From: an uncultured Gammaproteobacteria bacterium
GTDB taxonomy: Bacteria; Patescibacteriota; Patescibacteriia; Magasanikbacterales; GWA2-37-8
Length of the DNA: 64,000 nucleotides
Assembly: GCA_964540825.1 (NCBI GenBank)
Contig: CAZINT010000001.1
Coordinates: 5,315 to 69,314, forward strand
Direction of reading: 5' to 3'
In this document: positions 29,042 through 39,266 of the stretch, piece by piece
How positions within the stretch are numbered: the stretch's first letter is position 1
Layout: each line of letters starts with the position of its first letter
Notes under the pieces: generated by a model
The model's database searches: none
Told to the model about the DNA's origin: nothing
Seen by the model: only the letters and a program-made list of their open reading frames with translations
Program-made: the position numbers and the translations under genes

Positions 29042-30910
29042 ATGAAAGATTTTTTAAAGAATTTTTTACTTATTTTTGGGGCCTTACTTCTTATTGCCGG
29101 CGGTCTTAGTCTGGTTAAATGGAATAGCGCCCAAAAGCCGGAAATTGTTGGTGTTAACCAGCTGGCCGAAGAGATTAATGCCGGCAAAGTTAAAAAGATT
29201 GTTGTTCAGGGCGATACACTCAGTATTGAGCTTAACGACGCCAAAGCTGCGCCGCAGGAAGTCAAAAAAGAAGCTCAGGAATCATTTGGCGACATCATGA
29301 AAAATTATGGCGTGACCGATGAAGCCCGGGCCAAATTACAGGTAGAAATTAAAGATCAGAGTTCCTGGAAATTTTGGCTGGCTAATTTGATATTGCCGGC
29401 GCTGCCAGTCCTGATGCTGCTTGGGTTTCTGTTCTTCATGACCCGCGGCATGCAGGGAATGAACAATAAAGCGATGGGCTTTGGGCAGAGTAACCCGCGC
29501 CAAGTAAAGCCGGACGATAAAGATAAAAAAACATTTAAGGATGTAGCGGGCGCCAAAGAAGCCAAAGAAGAATTGGTTGAAATCGTTGATTTTTTGAAAG
29601 ATCCTAAAAAATTTGCCGAAATCGGCGCGAAGATCCCCAAGGGTGTTCTCTTAACCGGTACACCTGGTACTGGTAAAACCTTACTTGCGAAAGCGGTAGC
29701 CGGGGAAGCCGACGTGCCATTTTTCCACATGAGCGGTTCAGAATTTGTAGAAATGTTTGTAGGTGTTGGTGCGAGCCGTGTACGCGACCTTTTTGCGAAA
29801 GCAAAAAAAGCTGCTCCGGCCATTATCTTTATTGATGAAATTGATGCCGTAGGCCGTCGCCGCGGTGCGGGTATGGGCGGCGGGCATGATGAACGCGAGC
29901 AGACGCTTAACCAAATTTTGGTTGAAATGGACGGGTTTGAGCCAAATCTTGGTGTTATAATTATGGCGGCCACCAACCGCCCGGATGTACTTGATCCGGC
30001 ACTCCTTCGCCCGGGTCGTTTTGATCGCCGGGTGACGATTGACATGCCGGACATCCGTGACCGTGAAGAGATTTTGAAAATTCATGCGATGGGCAAACCC
30101 TTTGCTCCGGAAGTTTCGATGCGTAAGATTGCGGAGCGTACCCCGGGATTTTCGGGGGCAGACCTCGCGAACCTTTTGAATGAAGCCGCGATTTTGACCG
30201 TGCGCAAAGGCATGAAAGTAATTACCGAAAACGAAATTTTACCAAGTATCGAAAAAGTACTCCTCGGACCTGAGCGCAAGAGTAGGGTTATTTCGGATCA
30301 TGATAAAAAAGTTACCGCCTACCACGAAGCAGGGCATGCCATCGTTGGATATCTCTTGCCAAATTGCGATCCGGTTCGCAAAGTATCGATCATTTCACGC
30401 GGCTCTGCGGGTGGCTACACGCTTAAGATGCCAACCGAAGACAAGCATTATCACACACTTGCACAGTTCCGTGATGACCTCGCCATGTCGCTTGGCGGCT
30501 ATGTTGTAGAAAAAATGGTCTTCGGTGACGGTAATATTTCAACTGGCCCATCGAGCGATTTACGCAACGCTACCAAGCTTGCTCGCGGCATGGTGACCCA
30601 GTATGGTATGAGTACTAAGCTCGGTCCCCGTACGTTTGGCGAAAGCGAGGGTATGGTATTCCTCGGCGGTGAATCGCACGCTGAGCGTGATTATAGCGAC
30701 AAGACGGCCGAGATTATCGACCAAGAAGTGTTGGCGCTTATCTCGGAAGCCGAAACGCGCGCACGCGACCTCATGACCAAAAATAAAGCGGCTATGGAAC
30801 GCATGGTGGCAGCCCTTATTGAAAAAGAAACAATTGAACAGGATGAAATTAAAGCAATTATGGGTGAGCCGCCTCAGAAATCCGAAGTGGTTTTGGAAAA
30901 TCAAGTTTAA
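29042..30910 (+). CDS. ftsH: ATP-dependent zinc metalloprotease FtsH
   Basis: Two TM segments, [31 protein letters not shown]. Confidence 0.98.
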   Translation: MKDFLKNFLLIFGALLLIAGGLSLVKWNSAQKPEIVGVNQLAEEINAGKVKKIVVQGDTLSIELNDAKAAPQEVKKEAQESFGDIMKNYGVTDEARAKLQVEIKDQSSWKFWLANLILPALPVLMLLGFLFFMTRGMQGMNNKAMGFGQSNPRQVKPDDKDKKTFKDVAGAKEAKEELVEIVDFLKDPKKFAEIGAKIPKGVLLTGTPGTGKTLLAKAVAGEADVPFFHMSGSEFVEMFVGVGASRVRDLFAKAKKAAPAIIFIDEIDAVGRRRGAGMGGGHDEREQTLNQILVEMDGFEPNLGVIIMAATNRPDVLDPALLRPGRFDRRVTIDMPDIRDREEILKIHAMGKPFAPEVSMRKIAERTPGFSGADLANLLNEAAILTVRKGMKVITENEILPSIEKVLLGPERKSRVISDHDKKVTAYHEAGHAIVGYLLPNCDPVRKVSIISRGSAGGYTLKMPTEDKHYHTLAQFRDDLAMSLGGYVVEKMVFGDGNISTGPSSDLRNATKLARGMVTQYGMSTKLGPRTFGESEGMVFLGGESHAERDYSDKTAEIIDQEVLALISEAETRARDLMTKNKAAMERMVAALIEKETIEQDEIKAIMGEPPQKSEVVLENQV

Positions 30911-30920
30911 GACGTAACCT

Positions 30921-30952
30921 AAAATCCCTCGTTCACGTGAACGAGGGATTTT
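30921..30952. terminator. Bidirectional terminator (32-bp perfect palindrome)
   Basis: aaaatccctcgttcacgtgaacgagggatttt. Confidence 0.8.
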
Positions 30953-31015
30953 TAAATAGTGAGAACGGGCCGATGCTGCAAACGCTTTGCAGCATCGGCG
31001 AGTGAAGGAAAAACT

Positions 31016-31552
31016 TCAACCGAACACCCGCCCTTTGTCGGTCCGGACGGTGTCCAGCCTCGAGTAGCGAGGCTCCACATCGGACAGGGTTGTGGGCTTG
31101 CGCAAATGCCGGGCGATGACGAGCAGGCATAGGGACATGCCGATCATCACAGCGGGCTTTCGGTTGGTACCGAGTTCGACCCAGCACTCGTAGAGTGTGT
31201 AGCCGGTCGAGCGCGCGCCGATGAGCAGTGCACTACTCGCTGCCGCCAGCCACTTGATGCGGTCGGTGCGCTTGAGCCAGCGCCAGCGCCCGCTCAAGAA
31301 CAGCAGGATCATGAGCCCGCCAACGAAGACCGGCCAGAGCGAGCGCGCAGGCAGGCGGATGGTGGGGAGCTGTGCGCGTCCTGTCCACCCTGGTTCGAAC
31401 GAGGCGTAGGACAGGGTGAAGCACCCGATGATCAGCACGCCGAACGCATACTGATAGAAGGTGCTAAGGACGTCGCGGCCGAACCACCAGGCCAGACTCA
31501 GGACGAGTCCAACCAGTCCAAGCGGCCACAGATGGGGAAGGGCATTGATCAT
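31016..31552 (-). CDS. GC-rich hypothetical multi-pass membrane protein
   Basis: GGAGGT SD, about 5 hydrophobic segments, TTGACA upstream. Confidence 0.65.
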   Translation of the reverse strand: MINALPHLWPLGLVGLVLSLAWWFGRDVLSTFYQYAFGVLIIGCFTLSYASFEPGWTGRAQLPTIRLPARSLWPVFVGGLMILLFLSGRWRWLKRTDRIKWLAAASSALLIGARSTGYTLYECWVELGTNRKPAVMIGMSLCLLVIARHLRKPTTLSDVEPRYSRLDTVRTDKGRVFG

Positions 31553-31750
31553 GGTGTACCTCCAGGATAATAATCCTGGCAACTGTTCCTCGGGTTCGAG
31601 AAGTATTTGCCAGAATCTCTATCATGCTACCGTTATTTCTTAACGAGAAAATGTATCATAGTGAGGGGTGTATGTCAATATGTAACTGCCGATAAAAGTG
31701 TGCTATACTATCTCTATTCAAAATAGTTATTTTTTAACCCTGTGAATGGT

Positions 31751-32719
31751 ATGCGTGAGCCAACCTATGGACGAGCACTCCTCAAATCGTGGCGCTTTGT
31801 CTGGCATAATAAAATTATTTGGATTTTTGGGTTGCTTGCTTTGCTGGTTGGACAATTCGGTTTGAACCATTTTATCGGGCAGCTTCTACTCCTTGGCAGC
31901 AATACTGCTGCGCCTGGTAGCCTGTTTGCTTGGCCTGATAGCTGGCCGGTCTGGCAAATTACGACTGTTGAACAAGGACTGCTTTTTAGTTGGCTCCTGG
32001 TTATCGCACTTGCAATTGGTGTTTTGGCAGTCGTTATGGGTGTTTTGAGTCAGGGGGCGCTCATAGCGAGCGCAGCCGATTATTTTAAAAATGAAACCCC
32101 GCCGCGACTTTCGCGCGCCTGGCACAAGTCAGTACGCCGCTTTTGGCCGCTCCTCTCGCTTAACATCATTCAAAAAATTATCAGTGGAGGTATTTGGGTG
32201 CTTACTTTTTATCTGCTCAGTATTTTTAAGGCCGAGACTGTCAGTGGCTTTTGTGCTACCGTTATTACTATCGGTGTAGCTGGCCTCCTCATGCTTACGG
32301 TAACTGCAGTTACGATTTACGCAGCTGGTTATATTGTAGAGTATAATTTTTCGCTCCTCGCTGGTCTGGTAGAAGGTTTGCGTTTATTCGAAGAACATGT
32401 TTTGGTTTCTTTAGAAGTAAGTCTTATCCTCGTAGCCTGCACGCTAGCGCTCTATGGGGTGGTGTATGTTGGCGCACTCCTTACACTTATTCCTTCGTGG
32501 TTTATTTGGGTTACCGCTGGTTTTACGGGTTCGTTCGGGCTTTTTGCTGTCGGTATGGTGGTAGCGTTGTTTTTGTTTGGAATAATGGTGGCAGTGCTCG
32601 GAGCGATTTTCAATGCATTTACAACCAGTACCTGGATGTATTTCTTTATGCGCATGCACCACCAAGGTGTAGCAAGCCGTATTATTAATTTTGTTGAGCG
32701 CACGATTCGAGTTAACTAA
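31751..32719 (+). CDS. Hypothetical integral membrane protein
   Basis: About 7 hydrophobic segments. Confidence 0.75.
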   Translation: MREPTYGRALLKSWRFVWHNKIIWIFGLLALLVGQFGLNHFIGQLLLLGSNTAAPGSLFAWPDSWPVWQITTVEQGLLFSWLLVIALAIGVLAVVMGVLSQGALIASAADYFKNETPPRLSRAWHKSVRRFWPLLSLNIIQKIISGGIWVLTFYLLSIFKAETVSGFCATVITIGVAGLLMLTVTAVTIYAAGYIVEYNFSLLAGLVEGLRLFEEHVLVSLEVSLILVACTLALYGVVYVGALLTLIPSWFIWVTAGFTGSFGLFAVGMVVALFLFGIMVAVLGAIFNAFTTSTWMYFFMRMHHQGVASRIINFVERTIRVN

Positions 32720-32731
32720 TATATATGCTGT

Positions 32732-34483
32732 ATGTCTGATTTTCCTTCGATTAATGATCTGGTAAAAAAAACTTCAGGTAAAGCTTCTGCAGCAGGCAGT
32801 GCGGCTGCGGCAGTACCCGCGCCAACAACGGTTGATATCGACAGTACGGAAGGCAAATTTGCCGAAAAAATGAAAGCTATTGGGCTCAAAGAAAAGGAAG
32901 ATATGGTTGCTGCAGAGGCCGCGGCCTTAGGAGTGCCCTATATTGATTTAACTGGTTTTCCGATATCAGCGGAAGCACTCCGGGTTTTGCCCGAAGCCGA
33001 CGCTCGCGCCGAGCGCGTGGTTTGTTTTTTCTTCAATGGCGACGAACTTCGGTTGGGAGCCCTTCAAAAAACAAAAGAAGTTGATGAGCTGGCGTATCAG
33101 CTGGGGGAGCGGCTACATGCCCGAGTTGGGGTATATATGATTTCAGAACACAGTCTCGAAAAAGCGCTGGGTTTTTATGCGAATTTGCCGATCGTTAAAC
33201 CGGTTACCAAAGATATTAATATTACTGATGAAGAATTAGAAAAATTTGGTGTCGGGATCGATAACTTATCAAGTCTGCAAGAAAAATTTAAGAATGTTTC
33301 GATTACTGATATTTTAACGCTGATGATCGCCTCGGCGCTTAAGGTAAATTCTTCAGATATGCACGTTGAGGCAGAAGAAAACGGTATTGCGGTGCGCTAT
33401 CGTATTGACGGGGTTTTGCATGATGTGGCTAATTTACCAAAAGAACAATGGAAACGTTTTATTTCGCGCATTAAACTTCTAGCCGCGCTTAAAATTAATG
33501 TTTCCGAGCGTCCGCAAGATGGACGAGTTACGCTTAAACTGACTTCGGGCAGTCTCGATGTTCGCGTCTCAACGATGCCAACGACCTATGGTGAGAGTGT
33601 GGTAATGCGTATTTTGCATAGCGGCAGCAAGGGAGTTACGTTTGATGACTTGGGGCTTCGCGGGGACGCGCATGATCGCCTCAAGCGCGAAATTGAGCGG
33701 CCTAATGGGATGATTATTACGACCGGTCCAACCGGAAGCGGTAAGACAACGACCATGTATGCTATACTCCGCACCCTTAATAAGCCCGGTGTAAACATTA
33801 TTACGCTCGAAGACCCGGTGGAAATTAAAATGGAAGGCATTAATCAAAGCCAGGTGGAGTCGTCGCACGACTATACGTTTGCCAAGGGGCTTAAAAGTAT
33901 TTTGCGCCAAGACCCGGATATTTGTATGGTTGGTGAAATCCGCGATCTTGAAACGGCGGAAATTTCTATTCAAACCGCGCTGACGGGCCACCTTATGCTC
34001 TCAACGATTCATACCAATAGTGCGTCTGGTGCAATTCCGCGCTTTTTATCCATGGGTGTAAAGCCGTTTTTATTGGCTCCGGCGCTTAATTCGGTTATCG
34101 GGCAGCGTTTAGTGCGTCGTATTTGCGAAGTATGCCGCGAAGAAAAAGCGCTTACTCCCGAGCAGGCTGATCGAGTACAAAAAGTATTCAGCTCGCTGCC
34201 AGAGGCAGAAAAGAAAAATATTGATGTAACTAATTTGCATTTTTATATGGGCAAGGGCTGCGAAGCTTGCAGTGGCCTTGGGTACAAGGGCCGCATTGGT
34301 ATTTACGAAATATTTACTATGAGCAAAGAAATTGAGCAGGTTATCTTGAGTGCTCAGGTGTCGGAATATGTTATCCAAGAATTGGCGGTTAAAAACGGTA
34401 TGGTGACTATGGTGCAAGATGGGCTGTTGAAAGCGCTCGACAAAATTACTAGTGTCGAAGAGGTGTTCCGTGTCACTGAATAA
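32732..34483 (+). CDS. GspE/PilB family secretion/pilus assembly ATPase
   Basis: SDMHVE, PQDGR, GPTGSGKTTT, EDPVE, LRQDPD, TGHL..STIHTN, Zn-binding Cys pairs. Confidence 0.95.
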   Translation: MSDFPSINDLVKKTSGKASAAGSAAAAVPAPTTVDIDSTEGKFAEKMKAIGLKEKEDMVAAEAAALGVPYIDLTGFPISAEALRVLPEADARAERVVCFFFNGDELRLGALQKTKEVDELAYQLGERLHARVGVYMISEHSLEKALGFYANLPIVKPVTKDINITDEELEKFGVGIDNLSSLQEKFKNVSITDILTLMIASALKVNSSDMHVEAEENGIAVRYRIDGVLHDVANLPKEQWKRFISRIKLLAALKINVSERPQDGRVTLKLTSGSLDVRVSTMPTTYGESVVMRILHSGSKGVTFDDLGLRGDAHDRLKREIERPNGMIITTGPTGSGKTTTMYAILRTLNKPGVNIITLEDPVEIKMEGINQSQVESSHDYTFAKGLKSILRQDPDICMVGEIRDLETAEISIQTALTGHLMLSTIHTNSASGAIPRFLSMGVKPFLLAPALNSVIGQRLVRRICEVCREEKALTPEQADRVQKVFSSLPEAEKKNIDVTNLHFYMGKGCEACSGLGYKGRIGIYEIFTMSKEIEQVILSAQVSEYVIQELAVKNGMVTMVQDGLLKALDKITSVEEVFRVTE

Positions 34484-34623
34484 TAAAATATCGAATTTCT
34501 AATGCTCCATGTCAAAAATTTGACATTGGAAACGAGGGTTTTTACAGTGGGGACTTTTTACATCACTCGAGTTGTGGTATACTACGTATACTTTATTACC
34601 AATTTCTAAGTAACTTTTACTTT

Positions 34624-35763
34624 ATGATGATCCGTCGCATGGAAACAAGTCCGGCTCCAGAGCCGCCAGTACGTTTTTATAAAATTATTGCCCTATCATT
34701 TTTGTTTTTAACGGTCATTATTTTGGGTGTTGTAGTTTTTATTACTTCTAAAAAGGCGACAATTGTCGTGGTTTCCAAACAAGATAGTCAAACTGTGCCG
34801 CTGACGATTAAAGTTACTCCAGACAATGCGGGTGGGCAAACGATTCCGGGCACCGTAAGCTCAACTTCTTTTGTGTGGTCAAACACCTATTATCCAACCG
34901 GAACTAAAGTTATTGAAGGCACTGCCGGCGGGCAAGTAACCTTGTACAATAAAACCGCCGTTCCTCAAACGCTGGTTAAAACTACCCGCTTGCTCTCGCC
35001 AAATGGTGTATTGTTCCGTTTGTCTGATACGGTAATTGTGCAGGCTAACGGTGACATCACGGCCACCGTGTATGCAGATAAGCCTGGTGCAGATAGCGAT
35101 ATTGCAGCTAGTCAGTTTACTATTCCAGGGCTCGCCGAAGAAAAACAAAAAACAATTTATGCTGTCAGCACCGCGGCTATGACCGGCGGCGCTAAGAAAG
35201 TTGGGGTACTCAGTGATGATGATATTGCTAACGCGCTTAAAGATTATAAGGATAAAGTAAAAGATGCCTTCCTTGCGACTATTAAAGACGCTTCTTCGAG
35301 CCAGGCAGTCATGCTCATTAATCAAAATGTATCAGCAAATCATAAAGCAGGGGACGAAGTGGCTGATTTTACCATACAGGGAACCAATACTATTTTAGTG
35401 GTTTCGTATAATTCCGCCGATTTGGCGAAGCTGCTTAATGATGCGCTGAGCACCAAATTCGATAGCTCATCCGAAAAATTATTGTCGCTCAATAAAGATC
35501 CGGTTGTAAATGTTGGTTCGTATGATGTAGCTAATCGTACAGCGGATTTATCGGTAACCCAGGAAGTTGTGGTAACGCTTGATTCAAATGGCGACAAACT
35601 GCTCGCCAAGAATTTCCTTGGCAAAAAGAAAGAAGATATTCAGCGCTATATTTTAGGTCTTGATCATGTTTCGGGTGTTGATGTGCAATTCTCGCCAGGC
35701 TGGATGCTGAGTGCTCCGAGTGTGCCCGACCGAATCAAGGTGGTGGTTAAAAACATGAATTAA
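34624..35763 (+). CDS. Membrane-anchored protein with baseplate-J-like segment
   Basis: N-terminal TM; G.VTLYN...L...TRL.S.NG..F, A..PG...I, AMTGG. Confidence 0.6.
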   Translation: MMIRRMETSPAPEPPVRFYKIIALSFLFLTVIILGVVVFITSKKATIVVVSKQDSQTVPLTIKVTPDNAGGQTIPGTVSSTSFVWSNTYYPTGTKVIEGTAGGQVTLYNKTAVPQTLVKTTRLLSPNGVLFRLSDTVIVQANGDITATVYADKPGADSDIAASQFTIPGLAEEKQKTIYAVSTAAMTGGAKKVGVLSDDDIANALKDYKDKVKDAFLATIKDASSSQAVMLINQNVSANHKAGDEVADFTIQGTNTILVVSYNSADLAKLLNDALSTKFDSSSEKLLSLNKDPVVNVGSYDVANRTADLSVTQEVVVTLDSNGDKLLAKNFLGKKKEDIQRYILGLDHVSGVDVQFSPGWMLSAPSVPDRIKVVVKNMN

Positions 35764-35828
35764 GTAAGAATTCTATAAAATAGTTGACACCCTGGTTCAT
35801 TTTTGATAAAAAGTACGTAGTACAGAGT

Positions 35829-35992
35829 CCAAAAACCAGCCCAGCCCCAACGGGGTATGGTACCACTTTTGGCGCTGACCCAAAGTCAGCATGTGCTGAA
35901 CAATTCCACGCAAAAGTTAATTATTCGGGTGGAACCGTCTTAAATCTTTAAGACCCCGATGTCTCTATACAGAGGCGTCGGGGTATTTTTTT
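35829..35992 (+). promoter_or_regulatory. T-box riboswitch (Thr specifier, short Stem I) with terminator
   Basis: CGGG-TGGAACC-GTCTTAA...TTAAGAC-CCCG antiterminator overlapping a 14-bp terminator plus T7; thrS downstream. Confidence 0.85.
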
Positions 35993-35996
35993 ACCT

Positions 35997-36536
35997 ATGG
36001 ATACACTAAAAATTGACCAAAATCTCTTTGCTGAAGCCTATTCGGCAGCTGCAATCGGTGAGCGAATTCGTGAAATTGCCCGTAGCATTGAGCAGGATTT
36101 GCCGGGCAGTACGCCGGTTATGCTGGGGGTAATGAAGGGAGCGGTTATTTTCTTGGCCGATCTCGTTCGAGCAATTACTGCTCTTGACCTCGAGATTGAT
36201 TATGTTCAGATAAAAAGTTATGGTAATGAGGAGGTTTCTTCGGGGAAAATCGAGCTGGTGCAGGCCCCGGGATTGCCCTTGGCCGGCCGCGATGTCATAA
36301 TTGTTGAAGACATTATTGATAGCGGCCAAACCGTTAATTTTTTACGTGAGTATGTTATGAAGCAAGGGGCCGCAAGTGTTCGGGTTGCCACCCTCCTCTA
36401 TAAACAGGAGTCAGCCAAACTGGATGTTCCGGCTGAGTATATTGGCTTTAGTATTCCCAATAACTTTGTTATCGGCTACGGGCTCGACTATAAGCAGTTG
36501 AAACGTAATTTGCCGAGTATTTATTCAAAACAATAA
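35997..36536 (+). CDS. hpt: Hypoxanthine phosphoribosyltransferase
   Basis: GVMKGA.IF.ADL, SYG, IIVEDIIDSGQT, FVIGYGLDY. Confidence 0.95.
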   Translation: MDTLKIDQNLFAEAYSAAAIGERIREIARSIEQDLPGSTPVMLGVMKGAVIFLADLVRAITALDLEIDYVQIKSYGNEEVSSGKIELVQAPGLPLAGRDVIIVEDIIDSGQTVNFLREYVMKQGAASVRVATLLYKQESAKLDVPAEYIGFSIPNNFVIGYGLDYKQLKRNLPSIYSKQ

Positions 36537-36544
36537 TTTTTCCT

Positions 36545-38287
36545 ATGAACAAAAACGAACTCGATCATCTCCGTCATTCCGCGGCGCATCTTTTGGCCGC
36601 AGCGGTTTTGGAATTATGGCCGAAGGCCAAGCGAACAATCGGGCCGGCGATTGAAAACGGATTTTATTATGATTTTGATTTTGGAGGCGAGAAAATTGTC
36701 GAAGAAGATTTGATTCGGATTGAAGAAAAAATGCACGCACTCGTTCCGAGTTGGAAAGGCTTCGAGCGTAAAGAAGTAAGCGCGGCAGAGGCCAAAGAAT
36801 TTTATGCCGACAATGAGTATAAACAAGAATTAATTAATGAATTTGCGGGTGAAGGTCAAACATTAACCTTCTACACCTCGGGCACGTATACTGACCTTTG
36901 CCGCGGGGGACATAGTGAAGACCCGAGTCGCGACCTGCAGCATTTCAAATTATTGTCGATCGCTGGGGCATATTGGCGCGGCGACGAAAAAAATAAAATG
37001 TTAACCCGTATTTATGGCACGGCTTGGCCGAGCGAACAGGAACTGGCAGAGCACCTCAATCGTTTGGAGGAAGCTAAAAAACGTGATCATCGCAAACTTG
37101 GCAAAGAGCTTGATCTGTTTGTGTTTTCCGATGTAATTGGTCCAGGTATGCCGCTTTTTACCCCGCGCGGTACGGCAGTTCGAAACGAAATTGTTCGTTT
37201 TTCACGTGAACTGAATAGTCAGATTGGTTTTGAAGAGGTGCATACGCCTAATGTCAATAAGGCTGAGCTCTTTAAAATTTCGGGGCATTACGACAAATAT
37301 AAAGACGACATGTTCCGTGTTGTGTCACATTATTCTGAGGAAGAGTTTTATTTAAAGCCAATGAATTGTCCGCAGCATACGCAGATTTATGCATCTAAAA
37401 TGCGGAGCTATAAAGATTTGCCGCTGCGTTTCGCAGATTTTGCCAATTTGTATCGCGATGAGCGCCCGGGTGAATTATCTGGCCTCACTCGTTTGCGCTG
37501 CTTCTCGCAAGATGATGGTCATTGTTTTTGCCGCGAAGATCAGATTGAAGCCGAGTTTAACGCGGTGCTCGGTGCGATTACGAAAGCGCTCTCAATCTAT
37601 GGTCTCAAATATTCCATTCGCCTTTCACTTCGCGATCCGCATCAAAAAGAAAAATATTTAGGTGATGATGCGACCTGGGAAAAAGCTGAAGCTACGCTTG
37701 CTAAACTTTTGAAGGAAAATAAAATTGAGTTTCAAGCGGTTGAAGGTGAAGCGGCTTTCTACGGGCCAAAAATGGATATTATGGCCACCGACTCGCTGGG
37801 CCGAGAATGGCAAGTTTCTACTGTCCAGCTCGACCTCAACATGGCAGTCAGATTTGGTTTAACCTATGTCGATAGCGATGGGACACAAAAGAATCCGATC
37901 ATGATTCACCGTGCGCTTATCGGTTCGCCTGAACGCTTTATGGGGATTTTGATTGAACATTATGGCGGTGCATTCCCGTTGTGGCTAGCTCCAGTGCAGC
38001 TCGCCATCGTGCCTGTTTCGTCTAAGCATATTGAAGCGGCCAAAGGATGTGCGCAAAGTTTTAAGGCGGCAGGTATACGTGTAGAGATCGATACAGCCGA
38101 TGAGACGGTGGGTAAAAAAGTCCGCAACAGTGCCGGACAAAAAATCCCGTATATTGCCGTTATTGGTGATCGTGAAGCAGCCGGTGATATTTGGACTGTT
38201 CGCGTTCGTGGTCAGGAAGAACAGATCAAGATGATGCCGGAAGAATTTAAACAAAAAATACTTCAAGAAATAGCTGCCCGCAGCTAG
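36545..38287 (+). CDS. thrS: Threonine--tRNA ligase (no TGS domain)
   Basis: LRHSAAH, DLCRGGH, RDHRKLG, KPMNCPQH, AFYGPK, MIHRA. Confidence 0.98.
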   Translation: MNKNELDHLRHSAAHLLAAAVLELWPKAKRTIGPAIENGFYYDFDFGGEKIVEEDLIRIEEKMHALVPSWKGFERKEVSAAEAKEFYADNEYKQELINEFAGEGQTLTFYTSGTYTDLCRGGHSEDPSRDLQHFKLLSIAGAYWRGDEKNKMLTRIYGTAWPSEQELAEHLNRLEEAKKRDHRKLGKELDLFVFSDVIGPGMPLFTPRGTAVRNEIVRFSRELNSQIGFEEVHTPNVNKAELFKISGHYDKYKDDMFRVVSHYSEEEFYLKPMNCPQHTQIYASKMRSYKDLPLRFADFANLYRDERPGELSGLTRLRCFSQDDGHCFCREDQIEAEFNAVLGAITKALSIYGLKYSIRLSLRDPHQKEKYLGDDATWEKAEATLAKLLKENKIEFQAVEGEAAFYGPKMDIMATDSLGREWQVSTVQLDLNMAVRFGLTYVDSDGTQKNPIMIHRALIGSPERFMGILIEHYGGAFPLWLAPVQLAIVPVSSKHIEAAKGCAQSFKAAGIRVEIDTADETVGKKVRNSAGQKIPYIAVIGDREAAGDIWTVRVRGQEEQIKMMPEEFKQKILQEIAARS

Positions 38288-38315
38288 GAAGTTGAGTGTG
38301 ATCCTTCGAGGGCCT

Positions 38316-39260
38316 ATGGCAAGTGAAAAATTACCTAAAATTATCGTGCTTGCCGGTCCAACGGCATCAGGCAAAACAGATCTGGGCATTCTCTTGGCCA
38401 AGCATTTTAACGGCGAAATTATTTCGGCGGATTCACGGCAGGTTTACAAGAAAATGACAATAGCAACAGGCAAACCCCGCGGTGTGTGGCAAGAAGTTGA
38501 TGGCAGCTCGGCGTACGTAGTTGAGGGTGTTCCGCATTATCTTATGGATTTAGTTGACCCAGGTGAAGAGTTTACCCTCGCTCAGTTTAAAGAATCCGCA
38601 CTCAGCGCTATCAGGCATATTTTTCAGCGTAAAAAAGTGCCGATTGTCGTGGGCGGAACTGGTCTCTATCTGTGGTCATTAATTGATAATTTATCACTTC
38701 CGCCGGTTGCGCCAAACAAAAAATTGCGTGATGGTTTTGAAGGAAAGAGTCTCACAGAATTAGTTGAACTTTTGCGTAATATTGATCCTAAATCGGCACT
38801 GAAGATTGATCTTAAAAATCAGCAGCGAGTTATTCGTGCTCTTGAGGTGGCTATTCTGACGGGCAATTCATTTACAGAACAGCAGCTTAAAGGCGTGCCG
38901 TTGTTTGATGTTTTGCAGCTAGGCATCCAGCGGCCGCAAAACGAGCTCAACGAACGCATTAATCAGCGTGTAGAGCGTCAGTTTAAAGAGGGTATGATCG
39001 ACGAGACAAAAGATTTGCTTCGTCAGCGTTACCAATGGAAGCTCCCGAGTATGAAGGGGATTGGGTATAAAGAAATTGACCACTATTTACAGGGGGAGCT
39101 AAGCCTTAAAGAAGCGTGCGAAAAAATTCAGGGTGCAACGCGCCGGTATGCCAAGCGACAGCTCACGTGGTTTAAGCGGGATGATCGTATTACGTGGATT
39201 TCACCCGAGTCGTTTGATGAAGCGGTTCGGCTTATTCAGGATTTTTTGGCAGAAGACTAA
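38316..39260 (+). CDS. miaA: tRNA dimethylallyltransferase
   Basis: GPTASGKT, ISADSRQVY, VGGTGLY, IGYKE, TRRYAKRQ.TW. Confidence 0.97.
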   Translation: MASEKLPKIIVLAGPTASGKTDLGILLAKHFNGEIISADSRQVYKKMTIATGKPRGVWQEVDGSSAYVVEGVPHYLMDLVDPGEEFTLAQFKESALSAIRHIFQRKKVPIVVGGTGLYLWSLIDNLSLPPVAPNKKLRDGFEGKSLTELVELLRNIDPKSALKIDLKNQQRVIRALEVAILTGNSFTEQQLKGVPLFDVLQLGIQRPQNELNERINQRVERQFKEGMIDETKDLLRQRYQWKLPSMKGIGYKEIDHYLQGELSLKEACEKIQGATRRYAKRQLTWFKRDDRITWISPESFDEAVRLIQDFLAED

Positions 39261-39266
39261 GGGTGT

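Noticed and set aside
29356-30054. 232-aa antisense ORF in ftsH (likewise 57645-58331 in uvrB and those in gyrA)
   Set aside because: Typical shadow ORFs of conserved genes
31637-31649. boxA-like TTCTCGTTAAGAA in the 31552 leader
   Set aside because: Weak match that abuts the predicted -10, so it is probably only partly transcribed
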